Source of the DNA: Spirochaetota bacterium
GTDB lineage: Bacteria; Spirochaetota; UBA4802; UBA5550
Direction of reading: 5' to 3'
NCBI GenBank assembly: GCA_016928865.1
Contig: JAFGJX010000067.1
Span: forward strand, 55,618-119,617
Length of the DNA stretch: 64,000 nucleotides
Part shown: one piece after another, positions 44,380-53,905 of the stretch
How positions within the stretch are numbered: the first letter of the stretch is position 1
How the letters are laid out: each line of letters begins with the position of its first letter
Notes under the pieces: generated by a model
The model's input: only the letters and a program-made list of their open reading frames with translations
Databases searched by the model: none
Told to the model about the DNA's origin: nothing
Position numbers and translations under genes: made by a program

Positions 44380-46101
44380 TCAGATGATCTGGACAAGGGC
44401 ATAGATGATGATGAGGAGAGCGAAATTCAGATCGACCAGCATCTCGTATTTTAACGCAATGAGGTAATTCAGCCTGTTAATCACGAGCAGCAGGATCACA
44501 TAGTAGATGATGTTTAATGAGAGGAACAAGAAACGCCAGTCCCCCATTACAAGAATGAATACTGAAAAGAGTGCGATTCCGGCCGCCGCGACAATCATCG
44601 ACAGGGTCTGCATGATTCGCGTTCCCACCATGATCGGGAGGGTTTCACGACCCAGGATAAGGTCGCCTTGAAAGGCTATCAGGTCCATGAGCGCGGTCCT
44701 GAGAAAGATCAGTGCGAAAACAAAGCCGGAGATCGCAATAAACGCCGCCAGAGAGGGTGCACCGAGGGTCATTGGCGCAAGCACGGAAATAATGATCCAT
44801 CCGAAGCAGGTCACCAGCTTCGAATTGTATAGCTTCCTGGTGAAACGCAGCCTGATCTTCGCAACAAGGCCTTTGACCGGCTTCGTTGAATAGATGAAGC
44901 CCAGGGAGTATGAGCCGGCAATCAGCGCGGTGGTTGCAGGGCCGAACCGGGTCGAGATGATGATTGATATCGCCATGAGGAGTATAGAAACTCCGAGAAA
45001 AACGGACCCATATCTGCCATATACGGCGTATTTATAGGGGTTGCTCAACCTGAGAAGGTCCCTTTCGAAATAGTTGTTAACAGAATACATTGAAAAAATA
45101 TAGAGAAAGGATATGGCCCCAAGTTCATAGCTGACAGGGATGCCTGCGAGCCGGAACGTTATCAGGGTGATGAAAAAGGCTGCCGCAGAGGCGAGAATAT
45201 TCGTTCTCACTATTAATTCAAGAAACGTCATCCCGGCATTGATGAAGAAATTGCTTTTCTTGAAATTAATGGAGTAGAGGCGTTCGAGGACGTTGTTTAT
45301 GATCCAGCCCGGCGTGGAGGTGCCAGCAGTGACGAGCACGCTCTTCGAATCGGCGAAATTTTCTTCTACCAGCTCGGCTTCGGTTTCGACATGAAAGGTC
45401 CTGATGTTGTTGTCCCTGCCTATTTGCGCGAGGCGCTTCGTGTTGGCCGAGTTCTTGCCGCCCACGACCACCAGCGTGTCAATGCCGCCGGATATGGCCT
45501 TGAAGACGTCATCCTGGCGGTAGCGAGTGGAGTCGCATATGGTATCGAATACCGTGACATCGGCGAAACGCTCCCTGATGCGTGAGACAATCGTTGTGAA
45601 GAGCTTGCGGTCAAATGTTGTCTGCGAAACGAGGAGGTATGCTTCCGCCGGGGGCACGTCGTCGACATCGCGTACATCGGATATGACTGTAACGCCGCTT
45701 GATGCATAGCTCATGAGCCCCGTGACCTCGGCATGGTCCCGGTCGCCGGTGATTATGGTGTGCAGGTTCCGTGCCGAGTATTTTTTTATAATGGACTGAA
45801 CCCTGGCGACCCGGGGGCAGGTGAGGTTTATCACGGCCCCGGCGCGTTTTTTCAGAAGGCGGTTGTCTCCGACCGGAACGCCGTGGGTCCGTATGACCAC
45901 GCGCTTGCCGTCAATGGGATCCAGAGAGGTGATCGTGCGCATTCCTCTCCGGTGGAGCACGTCGATTGTCTGGGGATTGTGTATCAGCGGTCCGTATACA
46001 AGAATCTCCTCTTCCGAGTCGTTAATCTCGCTGACAATGCGCAAGATGGCGTTTCGTACACCCATGCAGAATCCGGAGTGTTGCGCCAGGGTGATCTTCA
46101 T
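44380..46101 (-). CDS. ispH: 4-hydroxy-3-methylbut-2-enyl diphosphate reductase fused to a UbiA-prenyltransferase-like membrane domain
   Basis: Residues 1 to ~280 are IspH, with the three cluster Cys (GFCMGV, LTCPRV, TICDST). Residues ~285-573 have about 8 TM helices and UbiA-like loops NNYFERDLLRLSNP and MDLIAFQGDLILGRETLPI. Confidence 0.85.
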   Translation of the reverse strand: MKITLAQHSGFCMGVRNAILRIVSEINDSEEEILVYGPLIHNPQTIDVLHRRGMRTITSLDPIDGKRVVIRTHGVPVGDNRLLKKRAGAVINLTCPRVARVQSIIKKYSARNLHTIITGDRDHAEVTGLMSYASSGVTVISDVRDVDDVPPAEAYLLVSQTTFDRKLFTTIVSRIRERFADVTVFDTICDSTRYRQDDVFKAISGGIDTLVVVGGKNSANTKRLAQIGRDNNIRTFHVETEAELVEENFADSKSVLVTAGTSTPGWIINNVLERLYSINFKKSNFFINAGMTFLELIVRTNILASAAAFFITLITFRLAGIPVSYELGAISFLYIFSMYSVNNYFERDLLRLSNPYKYAVYGRYGSVFLGVSILLMAISIIISTRFGPATTALIAGSYSLGFIYSTKPVKGLVAKIRLRFTRKLYNSKLVTCFGWIIISVLAPMTLGAPSLAAFIAISGFVFALIFLRTALMDLIAFQGDLILGRETLPIMVGTRIMQTLSMIVAAAGIALFSVFILVMGDWRFLFLSLNIIYYVILLLVINRLNYLIALKYEMLVDLNFALLIIIYALVQII

Positions 46102-46115
46102 TCGCCGTGACCCGC

Positions 46116-47048
46116 CTACTGGACCGGAAGGATGTTGTCGATGGGGTGATCGCCGCCTCCCGGCTCGGTGTCGCTCCCCTGCGGCATTTCGAAACGGGGC
46201 ATCATCGGGGTGCCGCGGAGCTGGATGGCAAGCTGATTGCGGTCGTTAATGTACCGCTCGAAAAAGTTACGGTAATTTTCAAGTACCGGCGAATCGGCAT
46301 TGAGAAGCAGTCTCAGGTCGAAGGCCGAGTTCATCATGTTCTTCTGAAGGGAAATGGAACCGGTTATGGAGCCGTTCAGGTCTGCTCCGAATATGCGGAA
46401 ATTTTTTATCATGAGCTTTCCCCCCGTGATGTCGGCATCTATCTTAATAGAACTGATCCTGATGGGGGGCAGGGAGAGGGGAAGACCTCCCATGGAATCC
46501 GGGAGGTTGATCTGCGAAAGCCTGAGCATGGCCTTGTCTATGATGATCGAGCAGGAGCCGGCCTGCGGGATGCCGGTCAGCGTCTTGTAGTCGAGGAATA
46601 TATTCCCGTTCATGTTCATTCCTATCTGGGACGTGCCCGAATCGTATTTGAAGCCCGCGAGCTGAACCGTACCCTTAACGTCCTTGCCGATCAGGAGGCG
46701 AAGCAGCGAAATGTCGATATCAGCAGTGCGAACATTTATTTCGCTTCCACTCCTCAGCATTGCGTAGAGACCTTTCATTTCGATAATATCGATAAGACTG
46801 AAATTCAATTCGTTTACCGTGATTGTTTTCAGCGTCCCCTTCTCGAGGTCCTTGAGCTTGCTGCGGATGAGCATGTCATAGGGGAAGGTAACCACGAGGA
46901 ATACGAGAACCATGAATATGGAGAAGGCGATATAGGTCTTCGCGTACGGAAGCTTGAGCGCCTCTTTGGCTTTGCTCCAGAGGGACGAAAGATTGAAGAT
47001 CGATTTAATGAGGGGAAGGGCTGAATTTTTTATGCTGGCAAAGTCCAT
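46116..47048 (-). CDS. gspN: T2SS protein N (GspN-like)
   Basis: Last gene of the gsp string. Single N-terminal TM (IAFSIFMVLVFLVVTF) followed by a periplasmic domain. Assigned mainly from position and topology. Confidence 0.5.
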   Translation of the reverse strand: MDFASIKNSALPLIKSIFNLSSLWSKAKEALKLPYAKTYIAFSIFMVLVFLVVTFPYDMLIRSKLKDLEKGTLKTITVNELNFSLIDIIEMKGLYAMLRSGSEINVRTADIDISLLRLLIGKDVKGTVQLAGFKYDSGTSQIGMNMNGNIFLDYKTLTGIPQAGSCSIIIDKAMLRLSQINLPDSMGGLPLSLPPIRISSIKIDADITGGKLMIKNFRIFGADLNGSITGSISLQKNMMNSAFDLRLLLNADSPVLENYRNFFERYINDRNQLAIQLRGTPMMPRFEMPQGSDTEPGGGDHPIDNILPVQ

Positions 47049-47064
47049 CTGTTCCTCGTGCCGG

Positions 47065-47580
47065 TTACTGTGATGTCACGCTGTTAAAAGTTATGGTTAC
47101 GTCATAGGTATTGCGGCCCTTGATAGTCTGGTTGATCCGCAGATAGCTTATTTTTGTCAGGATTCCGGAATTTTCCATCCGATAGATGAAATTAAGGATC
47201 GAGTTTATGTCCACACCCTCGAAACGGACGTCGGCCGACACCTTTTTGAACTTGCCCTGTGTGATGGTAGGACGGTCGCGCGTGTAGGTCTTGTTGCGTA
47301 TTATATTAAGGCTCTGTGCGTTTTCCTCAATCAGGGAGGTCAGGCCGCGCGTGCTGTTGATCTGCGCGTTGAACTGCGAAACCTTGTCGCGCACCTCGCG
47401 GTACTCGCCGTAGATCTTGTCGAGCTGGTTGAGCTTTGCCATGTTTGACTCGAACTCGGTGTTGATGCGGCTGCGGAGGCTGAGTATCGGCGAAATGACG
47501 ATGAAATAGAGCGCGAGCACTCCGGCGACTGCCGCCAGTATCTGAAGGAGAAATTTTTCTCGCTTGTTGAGTTCAATCAT
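47065..47580 (-). CDS. gspM: T2SS protein M (GspM/PilO-like)
   Basis: 171 aa, with an N-terminal TM, a coiled coil and a ferredoxin-like C-terminus. It follows gspL. Confidence 0.55.
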   Translation of the reverse strand: MIELNKREKFLLQILAAVAGVLALYFIVISPILSLRSRINTEFESNMAKLNQLDKIYGEYREVRDKVSQFNAQINSTRGLTSLIEENAQSLNIIRNKTYTRDRPTITQGKFKKVSADVRFEGVDINSILNFIYRMENSGILTKISYLRINQTIKGRNTYDVTITFNSVTSQ

Positions 47581-47590
47581 GCTGAATACC

Positions 47591-49207
47591 CTATTTACTC
47601 TTTGATTCCTTCGCTATCTTATATTTGATCGTCATTGAGAAGCGCACTTCATTCTGCCGCGAGTATTTAATATTGAGCGTAACTGAATCGAATTTTTTTG
47701 TTTTGATGAGATCTTCTTTGAACGCGTCTATGGATGCGCTGGCGCCAGCGGTCCCGTCGAACATGAGGATGGTCTCGTTGTAAACCATATTATTCAGGAC
47801 GAAACCGCTGTCGTCGGGGAAACAGGCGGCAATATCTTTCAGGATGTCGAGAAAGGAGGCGTGTTCGGGAATGATCTTGTCTATGGCTTCGAATTCCTTT
47901 TTTTCCTTCTTGAGGAGGCGGGTCGCCTCTTCGATGGGGTCTCCTGCCGGCGCGGTGCGGAAATAGCGCTTGTACTGTTCGGCCAGAATCGTGTTGTACT
48001 GGCTGTTAGAGCGGGCCGTCAGTACGGCGGTAAGAATAAAATAGATTATAAGGACGACGAACGAGAGGGCCGCAAACCCACCGGAGAGGTAATAAATCTT
48101 GTTCGATTCGCCGGCAACGTCGGGAATGAATTCGCCCTTGAGAAAATTAATCGACGATCGCCTGCGGTTAATGTATGCAAGGATCGTTCCGAATGCGATA
48201 GGAAACTGGGTACGTATATTGCGCTCTGAATACTCTTCAAGGAAGGGGAGCGCGTCCACCGGAATTTCAAGCTCCTCGGATATGATGGAGCCGATGCCGG
48301 CAAGATTGGAGCCGCCCCCGGAGATCAGCGCCCTGTTGTACACGATATCGCCGCACTCTACCTTCATGGCCTTCATGGTCAGGATGATCTGTTCGACCAG
48401 TTCCGTCGCGGTGTCCTGCGCCGCGGTGAATATCTTTTTGAGCTGCGGGCGGGAGATGCCGAGAGACTTGTAGTGCTCCCTGTGAACGTTGTTTTCAAAT
48501 GAAGTGAGGTCGATGTTCAGGTCGATCATTATGCGCGCGGCCTTAGCCTGGGGGATTTTGAGCGTTGCAGCTATGACATTCGCTATCGAGTCCATGCCGA
48601 CCGACACGGCTCGCGTATAGAGAAGGTGGTTGTCGGAGATGAAGTTCAGGACCGTTTTGCTGCTGCCGATGTCGATCTGGATGACTGCCTCGTTCTCGAT
48701 CTTGTTGAAGTACCGGTAGCATTCGTACAGGGCGTTTGATTCCATGCCCATGCGGACCGGCTTGATTCCCACGCCGTTCAGCAGGTCGAGGAACGTCATG
48801 ATGTTGCTCTTGAGTGCGGCGGCGAGCAGGATGCGGCCCTCGCCGGGTTTGTTGCTCTTCAGCGACTGGAAATCGAGCTGGAGGTCGTCGAGCTTGAAGG
48901 GGATGTTCTCCTCGGCCTCGTACGGGATGGCGTCGGCGATTTTTTCCACGTCGCTGAAAGGAAAGGAAATCGTTCTGATTATGCCGGACTCCATAGGCAT
49001 GTTGGTGATCACGCGATAGCCTTCCAGGTCCTCTTCGGCAAGGATTTTTTGCAGGGTCGCGACCGCCGCGGCAGCGTGGTCCTTGTTGTCCGGGTCTATC
49101 TCTTCGTAGTTGAACGATTTGAGCTGAAAATCCCGGAAACCGGTCTTCACGGTCACAAGCTTTATCGATGATGAGCCGATATCTATGGCTGCTATGTTCT
49201 CGAACAA
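47591..49207 (-). CDS. gspL: T2SS protein L (PilM-like actin-fold domain + TM + periplasmic domain)
   Basis: N-terminus AAIDIGSSSIKLV (actin-like/PilM fold), one central TM (YYLSGGFAALSFVVLIIYFILTAVL) and a C-terminal periplasmic domain. Confidence 0.65.
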   Translation of the reverse strand: MFENIAAIDIGSSSIKLVTVKTGFRDFQLKSFNYEEIDPDNKDHAAAAVATLQKILAEEDLEGYRVITNMPMESGIIRTISFPFSDVEKIADAIPYEAEENIPFKLDDLQLDFQSLKSNKPGEGRILLAAALKSNIMTFLDLLNGVGIKPVRMGMESNALYECYRYFNKIENEAVIQIDIGSSKTVLNFISDNHLLYTRAVSVGMDSIANVIAATLKIPQAKAARIMIDLNIDLTSFENNVHREHYKSLGISRPQLKKIFTAAQDTATELVEQIILTMKAMKVECGDIVYNRALISGGGSNLAGIGSIISEELEIPVDALPFLEEYSERNIRTQFPIAFGTILAYINRRRSSINFLKGEFIPDVAGESNKIYYLSGGFAALSFVVLIIYFILTAVLTARSNSQYNTILAEQYKRYFRTAPAGDPIEEATRLLKKEKKEFEAIDKIIPEHASFLDILKDIAACFPDDSGFVLNNMVYNETILMFDGTAGASASIDAFKEDLIKTKKFDSVTLNIKYSRQNEVRFSMTIKYKIAKESKSK

Positions 49208-49225
49208 TTATGCTTCTCCAGCGCG

Positions 49226-50440
49226 TTATTCTTCCGACCAGTAATAGAGCGTTCTCATGCTGCGATTGTACACCGTGGTTATTCGCACCCGGACATTTTC
49301 AACGGTGGCCGTGGCAATGATCCTGAATATCGAGGATTTCACCGACAGCCTGTCGGTTATTGTGCTGTCGTCAATGAGGTCCTTGATTTCGTCTACGGAT
49401 TTATAAGGCTGCACCAGCCTTCGGCGAATAATCTCAGACACAATATCAGGCGTCATTTTATCTGTCAACGCAGATAATACCCGGTAGGAGGCGGTATTTA
49501 TGTTAATCTTGTTCAGGTCGCTGGTGTAATCGTTACGGTCGCCGTACACGGTGAAATAATCGGAAAGGTGCCTGCTCTTTTCCTTGCCGATAGTGGTACC
49601 CTCCCGCTCGACATCTTCCTCCTTTGCTTTTTTTGCCGCCGAATCACCGGCCAGCTCCACGAGCTTGTCGATGTCAAGCTCGATGTTCCCCTTGTTATGC
49701 TCGACCAGGTTCTGCTCGTTTTTTTCAGCCTCGGTATTGCCGCCGCCCAGCCCGTAATAGATGTCCGGGGTCATTCCCTTGATTAATAAAAGTTCGTCGA
49801 TGCTGTCCATCATGTTGTTCTTTGCGTTATAGGGGGGTGAAAGCGTCTGGTAGTAGTCGGGTCCGTCCGCCCCGTACGGCATCTTCTGGTCATCTATGTC
49901 CACCCAGTCATGAATGGCGTCGGCAAGGTCGAGGGGAAGGCCCATGTTCATGAAAAAATTCTGGGTAAAATAGTAGAATTTTGTCCTTTCGGTGAACTCA
50001 TTTGCAAGAACGCTCAGATTGATCTTCGAGTTTTCGTCAATGATCTCCAGCTTCAGGGTCCCGTCCTCCATTGGCATTTCCGGCACGTTTATGGCCCAGA
50101 TGTCATTATAGGAATCGGTTTCTTTGTCAGTCGGCCTGCCCGTGATCATCTCGGCGCCCAGGCCCTTGAGGTCGGCGTAAAGAATGAACTGGCAGAGCTG
50201 TACGCCAGATTTTGCAAGGTAGCTTGCCCTGAGCCGGTTTTTAAGCTGTTGTCCGTACCCGATGTTCGTCTGGGCCACGACTATGAATTCTCCCGCTATT
50301 GAAATGAGCAGGGTGGTTATGATCAGCACGATGATGAGTACATAGCCTGAGGATTCGCGCAGGTAGCCGAAAAGGCCGCGTTCCTCAAGAAGGGCCCTTC
50401 TCCTCCGGTAATTGTTTATAAAAGCGTTGATCATACCCAT
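49226..50440 (-). CDS. gspK: T2SS minor pseudopilin K
   Basis: Hydrophobic N-terminal helix without Glu5 (GYVLIIVLIITTLLISIAG), large size (404 aa) and a helix-hairpin-helix-like segment (INTASYRVLSAL). Confidence 0.7.
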   Translation of the reverse strand: MGMINAFINNYRRRRALLEERGLFGYLRESSGYVLIIVLIITTLLISIAGEFIVVAQTNIGYGQQLKNRLRASYLAKSGVQLCQFILYADLKGLGAEMITGRPTDKETDSYNDIWAINVPEMPMEDGTLKLEIIDENSKINLSVLANEFTERTKFYYFTQNFFMNMGLPLDLADAIHDWVDIDDQKMPYGADGPDYYQTLSPPYNAKNNMMDSIDELLLIKGMTPDIYYGLGGGNTEAEKNEQNLVEHNKGNIELDIDKLVELAGDSAAKKAKEEDVEREGTTIGKEKSRHLSDYFTVYGDRNDYTSDLNKININTASYRVLSALTDKMTPDIVSEIIRRRLVQPYKSVDEIKDLIDDSTITDRLSVKSSIFRIIATATVENVRVRITTVYNRSMRTLYYWSEE

Positions 50441-50441
50441 G

Positions 50442-51140
50442 CTAGCGGTATTCCTTGATATTCATCAGGGTGACAAAGGTAAACGTTTCCTCCTGGGCCT
50501 GGTAGTTTTTTACCACCAGCGTGGTCATCACCGACTTGGGAAACAGGTTGTTCTGACGGGAGTCCCAGTTGTCATCCCAATCGTTTCCTTTCTGGAATTC
50601 GAACTTGAGGCTTACCACGTTTGGAAGCAGAAGGCTCTCCTCGCCGCCGGTCATCGGATCCTCTTCCCAGTAATTGAATTTCTCGCTTTTAATAAGGTTA
50701 AACAGCCCCCGGGTGTCTTTTGCCTCGCGCAGGTAGTACCCGATTCCCCTGATGTCGCTCAGGCGCGCGGGCATACGGCTCGAACCGGAGAAGAGGAGGT
50801 CGGTGTGCATGACGGAGGTGAAGAACATTTTGCTGTTTCCCCTGTCGCTTTCGCAGACGAAGCTGATATCCTTGTTGGATCTCGTGTAATAGGTATTTGA
50901 AAGATCCTGGTCTATCTTCATAATCGCGAGGTTAACGTTCTCGTAGAACTCGGCGCGGCCGATGGACCGCTTGATTGAATCAAAGATGGATCGGTAGGAC
51001 GCATAGGCCATAACGAGAATGATGGAGGCGATTGCCGTTGCAACGAGTATTTCTATCAGGGTGAACCCTTCATCTCCCGATGGCAGAACCCGTTCAACAC
51101 CGGCCGGCCGTACCGCATGTTCAGCAACGCGTAACATCAT
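50442..51140 (-). CDS. gspJ: T2SS minor pseudopilin J-like
   Basis: Prepilin motif G/FTLIEILVATAI. Assigned from size and position. Confidence 0.6.
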   Translation of the reverse strand: MMLRVAEHAVRPAGVERVLPSGDEGFTLIEILVATAIASIILVMAYASYRSIFDSIKRSIGRAEFYENVNLAIMKIDQDLSNTYYTRSNKDISFVCESDRGNSKMFFTSVMHTDLLFSGSSRMPARLSDIRGIGYYLREAKDTRGLFNLIKSEKFNYWEEDPMTGGEESLLLPNVVSLKFEFQKGNDWDDNWDSRQNNLFPKSVMTTLVVKNYQAQEETFTFVTLMNIKEYR

Positions 51141-51544
51141 TGAGCCTGGTAAACATATGATATTTTATATGATCGTTCCTTGCCGCGTTCTTTCCACGAG
51201 ACAATGATGCTCGTAATATTTGCCGGAAGCGGCCCGAGGAGCGGATGCTCCCAGCGCGTTGTCTCCCTGCTTACGTAGAAACCGGGGAGTCCCTTTATCT
51301 GCTCGTCCTTGAGATCGGTGCCGCGGAAATTCTTGACGATAAACTCGTTCATCTTGGTCCTGGCGACAAGCATGGCCTGGGTGTAGTTCTTCATCCCGGA
51401 TATGACGTAGACGCTCGACGAGACGCCTGAAATAACGCTCAGAAGCACCGTCGACAGGATGGCGAGCGCTATCAGGATCTCAACAAGGACAAAACCAGGT
51501 TTGCCGGCCCGGAGTGCGTTATAGTGCGGCTTCGAACGTTTCAT
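51137..51544 (-). CDS. gspI: T2SS minor pseudopilin I-like
   Basis: Prepilin motif G/FVLVEILIALAIL. Start at ATG 51544. Confidence 0.6.
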   Translation of the reverse strand: MKRSKPHYNALRAGKPGFVLVEILIALAILSTVLLSVISGVSSSVYVISGMKNYTQAMLVARTKMNEFIVKNFRGTDLKDEQIKGLPGFYVSRETTRWEHPLLGPLPANITSIIVSWKERGKERSYKISYVYQAQ

Positions 51545-52106
51545 ATCCGCGTATGACCTTCGGCTCCTTGATGTGCTTGTCAATTTTTATTGACCAGTGC
51601 TGGTCGCCGTTCACCAGGACATGGATGATGCAATTGCTGGAATAGCCCCCCGGGTAATAGGTAATGTACGCGCGTCCGTCCGTCACCTTTTCGCCGTTGG
51701 CGTAGAGGACGTCCTCAATCAGAAACGAATCGTTAAAGTCCCTGAACTGCAAAGCCTTGCGCCTGTTGTCGACGAATTCGCCGTCGACATAGTTGAGGAC
51801 CGCGACGCCGTTCTTGCGATCTACCACGTCCTTCTGCAGAACCGTGTCGTCCACCTCGGGGGCGCTCAGATACACGACAAAAAAATTCGGCCTGTCTTTC
51901 ATGAAGGCGTCATCAAAGGCCGTGGCGAGCATGCCGGTGACAATGGCGAACTTTTCCCTCTGCGAGCCGATCATGCGGCCGACTCTCGGGATCGCGAGCA
52001 TGAAGAGCAGGGATATGACCGATATCGCAACGATCAGCTCGATGAGTGTAAAGCCGCGGTTGTCAAGGCGAAAAATGTTCCCTGAAACGGCGGGATCGCC
52101 CGCCAT
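51519..52106 (-). CDS. gspH: T2SS minor pseudopilin H-like
   Basis: Prepilin motif G/FTLIELIVAISV. ATG 52106 with AGGAGG upstream. Confidence 0.6.
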   Translation of the reverse strand: MAGDPAVSGNIFRLDNRGFTLIELIVAISVISLLFMLAIPRVGRMIGSQREKFAIVTGMLATAFDDAFMKDRPNFFVVYLSAPEVDDTVLQKDVVDRKNGVAVLNYVDGEFVDNRRKALQFRDFNDSFLIEDVLYANGEKVTDGRAYITYYPGGYSSNCIIHVLVNGDQHWSIKIDKHIKEPKVIRGYETFEAAL

Positions 52107-52122
52107 GGTTTGAGGACGCCTC

Positions 52123-52569
52123 CTACTTTTCATCCCAGCTTTTAATATCGGCATTGAACCCATCGCCGCCTTCCTGCTTGTCAGCGCCCAGGCTCCATAT
52201 CTCATACGTATCCGGGTCCGATTCGCCGGGGAAGCGGTACTGAAACGGGGAACCCCACGGATCGACCGGCAGTTTTTTCAGGTAGCCTTCGGTCACGAGG
52301 ACATTCAGGCCTTCTTCGGTAGAGGGGTATGAGCCCTTGTCGCTGTTGTATTCCATCAGGGGGATCTCAAAGCTCTTGATTCCCACTTTGGCAGCTTCAA
52401 CCCTCGATTTATTCCAGGACCTCATGAGGTTCGGCGCTATGACCAGGCCGGTAAGGAGGGCCATGATGCTGACCACGATCATGATCTCGATGAGGGTAAA
52501 ACCGCTATTAGTCGCGAACCCGGCGGCTGCCTGTTGTATCCTTTCTTTGATCGTTTTTCTGGCGTTCAT
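52123..52569 (-). CDS. gspG: T2SS major pseudopilin G
   Basis: G/FTLIEIMIVVSIMALL and the conserved GspG C-terminal block DPWGSPFQYRFPGE...YEIWSLGADKQEGG. GGAGA lies upstream of ATG 52569. Confidence 0.9.
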   Translation of the reverse strand: MNARKTIKERIQQAAAGFATNSGFTLIEIMIVVSIMALLTGLVIAPNLMRSWNKSRVEAAKVGIKSFEIPLMEYNSDKGSYPSTEEGLNVLVTEGYLKKLPVDPWGSPFQYRFPGESDPDTYEIWSLGADKQEGGDGFNADIKSWDEK

Positions 52570-52632
52570 TGCTTTCTCCTTTTTCTATGAAATATATTCG
52601 CCTGACATGTTACGGGATGTCACGGCGCATGG

Positions 52633-53883
52633 TTACTGCAACAGCATGTTCATCTGCGTGATCGGCAGGATGACAGCCATGACGATGAGCCCGATAATGA
52701 GGCCCATCATTATGATGATGATCGGTTCAAGCAGGCTGGTCAGGCTCGTGACCGTGAGATCGAGCTCGGTTTCGTACACCGTGCCAATATTGACGAGCAT
52801 GGTATCGAGATTGTCGCTCGCCTCGCCGGCCGATATCATCCCGAGCACGAGCTTGGGAAGAAAATCCGACTTCGCGAGTGAATTTGAAACAGACGCGCCC
52901 TCCTTGATTCTGGTGGCCGCTTCATCAATGCTATCCTCTATAATGACGTTTCCGACGATTTTTTTCACGATTTCAAAGGATTTGATAATGTCAACTTTGT
53001 TGCTGAGCAGGATGCCAAGATTCTGAGTGAAGCGATACACGATAAGCCGCTTGTAAAGATTGCTGACAAGGGGAAGCCTGAGCTTCAATCCGTCGATTTT
53101 GCGCCTGCCGTCGGGTGATTTTGAATACCGGCCGTAAAGATACACGAGCAGGGCGATGAGGAGAAGCGGGACATACCAGAAGTCGGCGAGAAACTTGCTC
53201 ACGCCGAGAACCGCCGTGGTAACGAAGGGGAGGTCCTGCTTCTGTTCCTCGAACATGCTTGCCATGGTGGGGATGACGCTCGTCATGAGGAACATCATGA
53301 CCGCCATTGCGAACAGCATCATGAACGCAGGGTACCAGAGCGCCGAACGGATCTTGCTGGTAAGTATGTTCTGTTTTTCCTCCAGTTCGGCAAGGCGCGA
53401 GATGACCTGGTCCAGCGAACCGAGGCTTTCCCCGACGCGCACCATGCTGATATACATCTCGGGAAAGATGCTTTTATGCTGCGACAGGGCGTTTGAAAAG
53501 GATGATCCCTGCTCGATATTTTCCTTGACGTCGGCTATGACGTTCCTGAAGTGCTTGTTGTCTATCTGCTCGACGATATCCGCGATCGCCACAGGGAGCG
53601 GCAGTCCGGCCCTGAGCAGGGTCGCGAGCTGCCGTGAGAAAATCCCGATCTGCTTGCTGCTGAGCTTGAGGCTCACGATGTCGGTTATGCGCTGGAACAG
53701 GGCCTTCATCGACGTCTTTGCCGCGTCAGCGGTCTCGGTGGTTGATATCTCCTGGCGCTTGATCTTCGTCAGGTACAGACCCTGACCCCGTATCTTCTGG
53801 CGCGCGCTTGACTCTGACGGGGCGTCGCAATAGTCTGTTACGGTTTTACCGGTCCTGTCAAGGGCCTGGTAATGGAAAATCAT
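52633..53883 (-). CDS. gspF: T2SS inner-membrane platform protein F
   Basis: Duplicated GspF domains and three TM segments. Start at ATG 53883 (MIFHYQALDRTGK), 22 nt after the gspE stop. Confidence 0.9.
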   Translation of the reverse strand: MIFHYQALDRTGKTVTDYCDAPSESSARQKIRGQGLYLTKIKRQEISTTETADAAKTSMKALFQRITDIVSLKLSSKQIGIFSRQLATLLRAGLPLPVAIADIVEQIDNKHFRNVIADVKENIEQGSSFSNALSQHKSIFPEMYISMVRVGESLGSLDQVISRLAELEEKQNILTSKIRSALWYPAFMMLFAMAVMMFLMTSVIPTMASMFEEQKQDLPFVTTAVLGVSKFLADFWYVPLLLIALLVYLYGRYSKSPDGRRKIDGLKLRLPLVSNLYKRLIVYRFTQNLGILLSNKVDIIKSFEIVKKIVGNVIIEDSIDEAATRIKEGASVSNSLAKSDFLPKLVLGMISAGEASDNLDTMLVNIGTVYETELDLTVTSLTSLLEPIIIIMMGLIIGLIVMAVILPITQMNMLLQ

Positions 53884-53905
53884 TTCTGTGCTCCTCGCAA
53901 TGAGA

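Noticed and set aside
43472-44404. 310-aa plus-strand ORF covering the whole aroE locus
   Set aside because: The minus-strand frame carries all the shikimate dehydrogenase motifs. The plus-strand product is Arg/Gly/His-rich with no motif and no RBS. It is a typical shadow ORF opposite a GC-rich gene.
46107-47024. 305-aa plus-strand ORF opposite gspN
   Set aside because: The minus-strand product has a TM anchor, fits the gsp gene string and is tightly spaced with gspM and ispH. The plus-strand product is compositionally odd (R/G/E/H-rich) and would be convergent inside an operon.
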